This document shows, piece after piece, positions 31,060 through 38,443 of a DNA stretch of 53,296 nucleotides (position 1 is its first letter; every line of letters starts with the position of its first letter). The stretch is taken from assembly GCA_001782475.1 (NCBI GenBank), contig MFOT01000008.1:1-53296 (forward strand), given 5' to 3'. A program made the position numbers and the translations under genes. A model generated the notes under the pieces. The model ran no database searches, was not told where the DNA came from, and was given only the letters and a program-made list of their open reading frames with translations. This DNA comes from Candidatus Levybacteria bacterium RIFCSPLOWO2_01_FULL_38_21. GTDB lineage: Bacteria; Patescibacteriota; Microgenomatia; Levybacterales; UBA12049.

Positions 31060-33165
31060 CTATTGATTGAGACTATTGATAATCTCATCGGCATTCCTAA
31101 TCAGGACATCTCTTGGCTTTGAACCCTCTGCGTGTCCTACAATTTCTGCCTCCTCAAGCTGATCCAAAATTCTTGCCGCTCTTGAGTAACCAATCGAGAG
31201 TCTCCTTTGAAGTAAAGACGCAGAAGCCCTATCATGCTGACAGACTATTCTTATTGCTTCCTCAAAAAGCGAATCTCTTCCATCTGCGCCCGAAGAAACG
31301 CCGGCTCTTCTTGTAACAAGCGGGCTTTTGGTAACTTCTTCTGTGTATTCAACAGGCGGTCCTTTTTCCCTAAGGAAGCCAACAAGTTTTTTAACTTCTT
31401 TTTCCGAAACAAACGCACCTTGTATGCGGGTAGGTTTTGCTTGATCAGGCGGAATATAAAGCATATCCCCCCTCCCCAAAAGCTTCTCAGCACCCGGCAT
31501 ATCGATAATTACCCTTGAGTCAACCATCGAAGAAACATTAAAAGCAATTCTGCACGGAATATTTGCTTTAATAAGTCCTGTTATAACATCCACAGACGGT
31601 CTTTGCGTTGAAACAACCAAATGAATTCCTGTTGCTCTTGCCATTTGAGCAAGACGGGTAATAGCATCTTCAACCTCAACCGGTGCAAATGCCATAAGAT
31701 CGGCAAGTTCATCTATAAAAATAATAATATAAGGAAGCACTTGAAATCCCGAAAGTTCATTATAAGAATCGATATTCCTGACTCCCCTTTCCGAAAATTT
31801 TTTATATCTTTCGTCCATTTGATTCATTGCCCATTTTAAAGATGCAAGAATTTTCTCAACATCCACAATTACCTGTGTCATAAGATGGGGAATGCCATTA
31901 TATCCGGTAAGCTCTACTCTCTTAGGATCTATAAGAATTAATTTAACTTCCCAGGGTGCTGCTCTGAAAAGAAGAGATGATATAAAAGAATTAATTAGAA
32001 CTGATTTTCCTGATCCGGTTGTTCCAGCAATCAAAACATGGGGCATTGTTGCAAGATCCGCCACAACTGGATTGCCGGAGACATCAAGACCCAAAGAAAC
32101 AGTGAGCTTTGACTTGCCTTTCCTCATTGTCTCTGATTCAAGCATGGTTTTAAGGGTAACTATCTCAAGGCTTCTGTTTGGAATTTCAATTCCAACTAGG
32201 TTTCTTCCTGGAATCGGCGCTTCAATTCTTATCTGTCCTGTCGGAGCTTCGGTTGCCAACGCAAGATCATTTGATAAAGATGTGATCTTAGAAACCTTAG
32301 TTCCCAATGCAATCTCAAGCGCGTATTGTGTTACCGCAGGTCCTAAGTTTACCTCAACAACCTTTGCTCCTATTGCAAAGCTCTGAAGAGTACTCTCAAT
32401 TTTAGCTGCAATCTTTTTTATATCTCCTCTATCAGCCTTTTGAGGCGTTGAGTCTGATAAAAGCGAAGTCGAAGGATATTCCCAAACCAAGCCAGAAGAG
32501 AGAGGATTGGCAACAAGTTTGTCTGAAAGAAAACCAGATTCTTTTTTAGAAGGTGAAACAATCAATTCGCGTGAAGACAAAGATGGGAATTCTCTTAGTC
32601 CGCCTTTTATTGTTAATTGTCTGTCTTTTATTCCCGCAGGCCCTCTGTTCTTGAAAAAAGAAAACAACTTCGTTGGAAAAAGTCTTAAGATACTCTTTAC
32701 AACAAAAGCTCCTGCGTCCAGCAGCTCATCAATTGAAGTATCAAAGAGAACAATAACACCAACGAAAATACCTGCTATATAAACAACATTTGCTCCAATT
32801 CCGGTTAATACATCTGCTAAGATTTTAAAAAGATATTCTCCAACTTTTCCTCCTTTTATTAAAGCGTCCAAAGATATAAAAAGAAGAAAAAAACCTATGG
32901 AAACGTTGGGACGGGAAAGAAAAAATCTAAGCCTTAAAAAGAAAAAACCTAAGAGAATCAGAACAATAGGAAATAAGATCGATATTGAACCGAAATATTT
33001 ATCCAAGTATTGGGTTATTAAAATAAAAGATGGTTGGCTTTTTGAAAAAGAAAGGAGAAGAATCAGCCCCGAAATAATAAGCCCAAAGGAAAAAATTGAA
33101 TAAATTGTAGTTTTTTTAAGTTTTAACTTGAACTTCTGTCTTCTGTAATGTTTTCTTCTTGCCAT
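31060..33165 (-). CDS. ftsK: DNA translocase FtsK/SpoIIIE
   Basis: 701 aa with N-terminal TM segments, Walker A GTTGSGKS, and a C-terminal winged-helix gamma-like domain (SASLLQRRLSIGYSRAARILDQLE). Confidence 0.9.
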   Translation of the reverse strand: MARRKHYRRQKFKLKLKKTTIYSIFSFGLIISGLILLLSFSKSQPSFILITQYLDKYFGSISILFPIVLILLGFFFLRLRFFLSRPNVSIGFFLLFISLDALIKGGKVGEYLFKILADVLTGIGANVVYIAGIFVGVIVLFDTSIDELLDAGAFVVKSILRLFPTKLFSFFKNRGPAGIKDRQLTIKGGLREFPSLSSRELIVSPSKKESGFLSDKLVANPLSSGLVWEYPSTSLLSDSTPQKADRGDIKKIAAKIESTLQSFAIGAKVVEVNLGPAVTQYALEIALGTKVSKITSLSNDLALATEAPTGQIRIEAPIPGRNLVGIEIPNRSLEIVTLKTMLESETMRKGKSKLTVSLGLDVSGNPVVADLATMPHVLIAGTTGSGKSVLINSFISSLLFRAAPWEVKLILIDPKRVELTGYNGIPHLMTQVIVDVEKILASLKWAMNQMDERYKKFSERGVRNIDSYNELSGFQVLPYIIIFIDELADLMAFAPVEVEDAITRLAQMARATGIHLVVSTQRPSVDVITGLIKANIPCRIAFNVSSMVDSRVIIDMPGAEKLLGRGDMLYIPPDQAKPTRIQGAFVSEKEVKKLVGFLREKGPPVEYTEEVTKSPLVTRRAGVSSGADGRDSLFEEAIRIVCQHDRASASLLQRRLSIGYSRAARILDQLEEAEIVGHAEGSKPRDVLIRNADEIINSLNQ

Positions 33166-33216
33166 ATAAATTATTATATACGCTTAAATTACGCAGTACA
33201 AGTTAAACTTAGTGTT

Positions 33217-33594
33217 TTATCTCGGAGTGGAAACGGAGTATAGCTTTATTTGAGGCATAGAGAAGTGTTTTTTGTTGTAGGTAACCAATGTAAGCTTGTT
33301 GACAACAGCTGTTGCCGCAATAAACATATCCGCTATATCGAGTTTATATTTTTGTTTAAATTCTCCAGTTAATTCTGCTATTTCTTCTGTTATATCAAGG
33401 GGCTTAAATATATTTTTCAATTCTCGAATTATTTTCTTTGCATCTTTAGTTAATCCAGCTCTTATTTCTGCGATAGTAACGACTGAGGTAAATAGCTCCC
33501 CTTTCCTCGAAAGTTCTTCTAATAATTGTACCTCTTTATCTCGCCCTTTAAGATACCAAATAATAATGTCTGAATCTATCAAAAACTTATCCAC
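33217..33594 (-). CDS. vapC: PIN-domain toxin VapC
   Basis: DKFLIDSDIIIWYL..., ..TIAEI.. and ..DMFIAATA.. PIN acidic positions. GTG start at 33594 overlaps the antitoxin stop by 8 nt. Confidence 0.75.
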   Translation of the reverse strand: MDKFLIDSDIIIWYLKGRDKEVQLLEELSRKGELFTSVVTIAEIRAGLTKDAKKIIRELKNIFKPLDITEEIAELTGEFKQKYKLDIADMFIAATAVVNKLTLVTYNKKHFSMPQIKLYSVSTPR

Positions 33595-33865
33595 GAATTC
33601 TTTTGGAGAAACGCTTCTCCGCAGAAATCCATAGGGATTTCCGCCATGCTGTAAGTTCTTTGTCAGATTTAAAAGAAATCCCACCAGCTTTTTCCCAAAT
33701 GCCTTTCAATTTTTTAAAACTTTTCTCTCTTTTCATTTTTGCGATTTCTTCACCAAGAGCTTTGGCAATAATCCTGCTTCTCTCTCTTTTAGGAATTGAC
33801 CCTCTTAATTCGGAGATTAGTTCCTTCGGTAGTGTAATATTTATTCTAGAAACAGTAGTAGCCAT
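33587..33865 (-). CDS. vapB: Ribbon-helix-helix (CopG-like) antitoxin VapB
   Basis: 92 aa. The N-terminal RINITLPKELISEL...RSRIIAKAL is a typical RHH. Confidence 0.7.
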   Translation of the reverse strand: MATTVSRINITLPKELISELRGSIPKRERSRIIAKALGEEIAKMKREKSFKKLKGIWEKAGGISFKSDKELTAWRKSLWISAEKRFSKRIRG

Positions 33866-34078
33866 ATTCAGTCAATACTAATAATACACACTACTAATAC
33901 ACATGTCAAGCCCAGAAAATCATTTATCCTCCCGCCACAACCATGCGGAGTCCTTGGATAATTCGAACTCTAACTTTCCAGCCTATTTTTAGCTCATTCG
34001 AGTCTGAGCCTAAAGGTTCATACCTCAGAGTCGAAGACCTCAAAAAACTATATCAAACTGAACAACCGCTACTATGAT

Positions 34079-34107
34079 TTGAACTTTAAGCTTAAATATG
34101 GTATAAA
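34079..34107 (+). promoter_or_regulatory. Promoter of the orphan gene at 34115
   Basis: TTGAAC (34079-34084), 17 nt spacer, TATAAA (34102-34107), then 7 nt to the ATG at 34115. Confidence 0.5.
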
Positions 34108-34114
34108 TTCGGTC

Positions 34115-34618
34115 ATGACAGAAGCAGTTGGCCAATCTTCAGGTTCCGCAAGGGAGGCAAATAGAACGCCTGACAAAGGTTATGGCGAGTGGTTTGATAA
34201 TTTGTTAGCGTCACTCGATTCTAAGATAGCAGAAGGAATAGAAGCATACCCATCTCTAGCTTATTGGAGTAGAGAAGTTTTAGTAGGAAATCAGCTTTTA
34301 TCAACTATAACAGGCTTAGAACGCGGTAATGCCTTTCGTGATCGTCTTACCCGACTTTATAAACTTTTTGAAGTAGCGATATATCCTAATTTAAATCCAA
34401 ACGAACAAAGAGAATTAAGAAACCATTTTAGAATGAGCAGAATGCAACCTGATGATGACATGCCCCTTACGCTTGATGAACAGTTAATGGGAGATTTACA
34501 GCAACTATGGAGAGTTTGTCGCTTAGATGTACCTACCGATGAACAAAAGAATGATATCCCTGAGGTTTTAAAGCAAACTGTAGTTGATTTTGATTCACTT
34601 GTTTATCAAGGAAAATAA
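34115..34618 (+). CDS. Hypothetical protein, no family recognised
   Basis: 167-aa ORF. The start was trimmed because the track's TTG start is the -35 box. Flanked by 249 nt and 290 nt of ORF-free DNA. Confidence 0.45.
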   Translation: MTEAVGQSSGSAREANRTPDKGYGEWFDNLLASLDSKIAEGIEAYPSLAYWSREVLVGNQLLSTITGLERGNAFRDRLTRLYKLFEVAIYPNLNPNEQRELRNHFRMSRMQPDDDMPLTLDEQLMGDLQQLWRVCRLDVPTDEQKNDIPEVLKQTVVDFDSLVYQGK

Positions 34619-34908
34619 TTTAACAGGTAATACTGCTCCGACTTCTGATAAACTAGCTCAGGATATTTGATTATTTCAGCCCAATCAGAAGTTCAAAATC
34701 AGCAGTTCAGAAACAAGAATTGCCTACAGTTACCACGCCAAGGCAGAATTTATGCCACTCATGCCACTTCAGGAGTGAAATTGAATTGACACCTCGGAAA
34801 TTACACGTCCAAAATCACCGAGACCACAAGGGGCTTTTTTTCTCTTTTTTTAAGAGAGGTAATCAAAGAGGAGTGTCTTCTTCTTGCCATTTTATCTATT
34901 ATATTCTC

Positions 34909-36600
34909 TCACACTTCTATAACAACCGGCAATACCAAGGGGCGGCGGTGAAGATGTTTTAAAACTGATTTTTCCGCAATCTCTCCTATCTTTTTTCTTA
35001 TATACATCCAATCGCTTACTCGTCCTTTTTTTGTACTGAACCCGTCCTTAATGTCCTTTGCCAGTTTTTTGTTTGCAGTCCTTACTTCCTGATTGGATAA
35101 TCCCCGAGAAATTATGGTCGGATAATCAACTATTTGGCCGGTCTGCGAATCTATTTCGACAACTACAATTATTACTCCATCCTTTGAAATTTTTTGCCTG
35201 TCCCGAAGAATAAAACTTTCTATTTCTTCTCCAGAGATTTCATCAACAAATACATTTTTAACAGGTATTTTTCTACCTAGTACTGCCTCATCTTTTGAAA
35301 AAATAATTTCCTGTCCATCTTCAATTAAAAACATATCTTTATCCTCAAATCCCTGTCTTTTTGCCAAATTTTTATAAGCTACCATTTGTCTATATGTCCC
35401 TCCGATTGGAATCAATTTTTTGGGTCTGGTCAATTCCATAAGAAGCATTAAGTCATCGGCTGATCCGTGTCCAGAAACATGAAAATCATCTGTAATTTGC
35501 GAGTAAACAACTTTTGCCCCTTTTTTTGCAATACTATCTATTAATGAGTTTATTGATACTTCATTTCCCGGTATTGGATCTGCTGAGAAAACAATAACAT
35601 CTTTTGGGGAAATCGAAATTTCCCTATGCTCCCCATTTACAATTCGAGACAAGGCAGAATTCTCCTGCGCCTGACTGCCGGCAACAAGAAGCAAAAGCTG
35701 GGAGTCTTTATATTTTTTAATTTCATTGATATCAACTTCCATGCCTTTCTCAAGCTTCATATAGCCTAGTTTTTGAGCAATTGTTGATGTATTTATTAAA
35801 GATCTTCCGACAAAAACAACTTTTCTTTCAAGTTTTTGGGCGGCTTGTATTGCCTGGTTAAGTCTTGAGATATTAGAAGAATAAGTAGTTAATATAAATT
35901 TTCCTTCGCAGTTTCGCATCTGCGCTTCTATATTTTCCGCCAAGACTTGCTCTGATTTTGTAAACCCTTCTTTTTCTGCTCTAAGACAATCAGAGGCTAG
36001 ACAGAGAATTTCTTCATCTGCTGCTTTTGAAATTTTTAAAAAATCGGTTTTTTTACCATCAAAAGGGGTTAGATCAAACTTAAAGTCGCTTCCATGATAA
36101 AAATTCCCAACTGGAGTTTTTATAAAAATATGGCTACTGTCTGGAATTGAATGAGTAACTCTAATAAAAGAAATTGTAAAGCTACCAAGCTTTATTTCTC
36201 CATCTTCATAATTAACAGCTTTCACCCTAACAGGAATTCCAAATTCTTCTAACTTCTCATTGGCAAGTCCTGCTGTTAGGGGACCTGCAAAAATAGGAAA
36301 AGAAAAACCTGTCTTTTTTGCAAGCTGGGGAAGAATAAAAGGGAGAGCGCCTGTATGATCTTCATGTCCATGTGTTAAAGCCATCCCGACTATTTTTTTA
36401 TTTACCCCGCCAGAGGCGGGGTTTGTCAAGAGTAAATAGGAAATATCCGGGAGAAGCAGATCTACTCCAAGCATTGTTTCATCTGCGAAACCTAAACCGC
36501 AGTCAATAATAAGAACCTCATCTTTATATTCATATAAATACATGTTTCTTGTAACATCACCAATGCCTCCAAGTGGAATAAATGATACTTGATTTTTCAT
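34909..36600 (-). CDS. rnj: Ribonuclease J (metallo-beta-lactamase / beta-CASP)
   Basis: 563 aa with the THGHEDHTGALP motif, beta-CASP blocks, and a C-terminal domain. Confidence 0.9.
   Translation of the reverse strand: MKNQVSFIPLGGIGDVTRNMYLYEYKDEVLIIDCGLGFADETMLGVDLLLPDISYLLLTNPASGGVNKKIVGMALTHGHEDHTGALPFILPQLAKKTGFSFPIFAGPLTAGLANEKLEEFGIPVRVKAVNYEDGEIKLGSFTISFIRVTHSIPDSSHIFIKTPVGNFYHGSDFKFDLTPFDGKKTDFLKISKAADEEILCLASDCLRAEKEGFTKSEQVLAENIEAQMRNCEGKFILTTYSSNISRLNQAIQAAQKLERKVVFVGRSLINTSTIAQKLGYMKLEKGMEVDINEIKKYKDSQLLLLVAGSQAQENSALSRIVNGEHREISISPKDVIVFSADPIPGNEVSINSLIDSIAKKGAKVVYSQITDDFHVSGHGSADDLMLLMELTRPKKLIPIGGTYRQMVAYKNLAKRQGFEDKDMFLIEDGQEIIFSKDEAVLGRKIPVKNVFVDEISGEEIESFILRDRQKISKDGVIIVVVEIDSQTGQIVDYPTIISRGLSNQEVRTANKKLAKDIKDGFSTKKGRVSDWMYIRKKIGEIAEKSVLKHLHRRPLVLPVVIEV
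36404..36422. repeat. Family A hairpin ACCCCGCC-AGA-GGCGGGGT, in-frame copy inside rnj
   Basis: Perfect 8-bp stem. Encodes NPASGGV about 10 residues before the HGHEDH metal site. Confidence 0.8.
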
Positions 36601-36601
36601 T

Positions 36602-37690
36602 TTAGGTTGGTAAAAACTGCTTATAGTTTTCCGATGTTATATGAACATAAGAATCCTGAGGAACTTTTCCCTCAACAATAAGTCTTGCCGTTTTTCTGCA
36701 TACTCCCTCAATTGTCCGCTCTAAACTTCTTATTCCGGCATCAAATCCCAAAGGCCTTATAATAAATGGCCAAACACTATCATCAATTACAGGCTGATTA
36801 TCCGATAGTCCTGTTTGCTTGCGGATTTTTGGGAAAAGATAACTTTTTGCAATAGCCAATTTTTCCTCATCTGTGTAGGATGGCATTTGAACAACCTCAA
36901 GTCTGTCTAAAACCGCAGTTGAGATGTTTGTCGTATTATTTGCGGTTGCAACGAATAAAACGTGAGAAAGATCAAATGGATAATCAATATAATGATCGGT
37001 GAAAAATTTATTTTGTTCAGGATCTAAGAGTTCGACTAAAACACCCATAATATCTGCTCTTGCACCTTCTGTCACCCTGTCCAGCTCATCTAGGAGAATA
37101 ACCGGATTTTTGGAGGAAGCATTAACTATTTTTTTGATAATCTCTCCCGGTTCTGCATCAGCAAAGGATCGCGATTGTCCGCGAAGCGCTCTTGCGTCCC
37201 CCATCCCTCCAAGAGGAATCCTCTCAAATTTTCGCCCAAGAGACTCTGCAATAGAATAGGCAAGCGTTGTTTTACCTGTTCCAACTAGTCCGATAAGACA
37301 AAGTATCGGAGCTCTTATTATTCCTTCTCCCGGCTCATTCTGCATAGTTAAAATAATTGATGATAAATATTCAAGAATTCTATTTTTAACGCTTAAAAGC
37401 CCGTAATGATTTTTATCGAGTATCTCTTTTGCGCGGTGAAGATCCAAGATATCTTTTGTTTCTTTATTAAAAGGCAGAGATGTGACCCAATCTACATAAT
37501 TTGAGATATTCTCAAAGTTTATAAATGACGCGTTCCCGCTTTTTAAAGATGCTCGCAGGAGATCAATCATGCCTTCTATTTTTTCCAAAAGGTCTGAAGG
37601 CAAATTAGAAGCTTTTATTTTCTCCGAAAGTTTTTGAATCTGAACGTCTAAGGACTGGGTAGAATTATCCATGTATTTATAATACAACAA
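36602..37690 (-). CDS. Lon-like AAA+ ATPase without LAN or protease domains
   Basis: 362 aa that aligns by eye to the Lon coiled-coil plus AAA+ module (YVDWVTSLPF, HYGLLSVKNRILEYL, Walker A GLVGTGKTT, Walker B ILLDELD, LDPEQN, LDRLEV). The ORF ends at the AAA/protease boundary. Confidence 0.8.
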   Translation of the reverse strand: MLYYKYMDNSTQSLDVQIQKLSEKIKASNLPSDLLEKIEGMIDLLRASLKSGNASFINFENISNYVDWVTSLPFNKETKDILDLHRAKEILDKNHYGLLSVKNRILEYLSSIILTMQNEPGEGIIRAPILCLIGLVGTGKTTLAYSIAESLGRKFERIPLGGMGDARALRGQSRSFADAEPGEIIKKIVNASSKNPVILLDELDRVTEGARADIMGVLVELLDPEQNKFFTDHYIDYPFDLSHVLFVATANNTTNISTAVLDRLEVVQMPSYTDEEKLAIAKSYLFPKIRKQTGLSDNQPVIDDSVWPFIIRPLGFDAGIRSLERTIEGVCRKTARLIVEGKVPQDSYVHITSENYKQFLPT

Positions 37691-37750
37691 TTCGATTTCT
37701 TTTAAAACCAGACGTTATGTTTTACCCCAAACCCAAACCTATACTATTAG

Positions 37751-37769
37751 TTAGGGGTTCAACCCCTAA
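37751..37769. repeat. Hairpin TTAGGGG-TTCAA-CCCCTAA (family D, copy 1)
   Basis: 7-bp perfect stem. Near-identical copy at 41087-41107. Confidence 0.75.
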
Positions 37770-37879
37770 TTTTGTCCTTTGGGAAAAATTGAATATGAGT
37801 ACTAGAGACTTGCGCCAAAAGAAGCCCTTCGATGAAATTTATGCGCGAATTGGGGTGGAAAATCAAGCGCGAACAGACT

Positions 37880-38137
37880 CTATCCGTAAAGATTGCTGTG
37901 TTTATCAAGCGCGACAAACAACACCGAATCTCTTTCTCTTCTGAATATTGCCCGCAAGTCTCCTGAAATATTTATACTTCTAAAACCTTGATACTTTCCT
38001 GTTAAGGCATGGTTATTAAGAATTGGGTTAAACTCGTCTCCAATAAACAAGTTTCTTCTTTCTTTAAACTTTTTCTGTTGTGACGTAGTTAATTTATTAT
38101 ATCCCTTAATAAACTTCTTATGAACGCGGATTTTCAT
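37880..38137 (-). CDS. YafQ/RelE-family toxin (mRNA interferase)
   Basis: 85 aa. The NNHALTGKYQGFRSINISGDLRAIF pattern is typical of YafQ/RelE. ATGA overlap with the antitoxin gene. Confidence 0.8.
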   Translation of the reverse strand: MKIRVHKKFIKGYNKLTTSQQKKFKERRNLFIGDEFNPILNNHALTGKYQGFRSINISGDLRAIFRRERDSVLFVALDKHSNLYG

Positions 38138-38409
38138 TGAGAATCGAGGAATTTATCCATTTCTTCGGCAGTTTCGAAAGGTCCAAAAATATTTCGATTG
38201 TGTTTTATATCTTTCTCAACTTTTGCAATAATTTTCTCAAGCTCAGGAGTCATACGGGGAGTATGGGAAAAAATAACTTCCCGAGTTCTTATGAAATTCC
38301 GAAGAGACGCATTTATAACATCGCTAAGCGTAAGCCCAAGTTCTTTTGCCGCTTTCTGAGCGTTTTCCTTTACTTCTTTATCTGATTTAATATGAATAAC
38401 AGTCTGCAT
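38134..38409 (-). CDS. DinJ/RelB-family antitoxin
   Basis: 91 aa starting MQTVIHIKSDKEVKENAQKAAKELGLTLSDVINASL (RHH-type). The longer track ORF was trimmed because it overlaps pnp. Confidence 0.75.
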   Translation of the reverse strand: MQTVIHIKSDKEVKENAQKAAKELGLTLSDVINASLRNFIRTREVIFSHTPRMTPELEKIIAKVEKDIKHNRNIFGPFETAEEMDKFLDSQ

Positions 38410-38443
38410 AATATCTAAAGTATATACACTGGATATATGGTTG

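Noticed and set aside
34720-34962. 80-aa plus-strand ORF in the spacer before rnj
   Set aside because: It runs into the rnj 3' end on the opposite strand. The sequence is His/Ser/Phe-rich and has no start context. The region is treated as non-coding.
37717-37944. 75-aa plus-strand ORF between the Lon-like and yafQ-like genes
   Set aside because: It overlaps the yafQ-like gene antisense and contains the family D hairpin. There is no coding signature.
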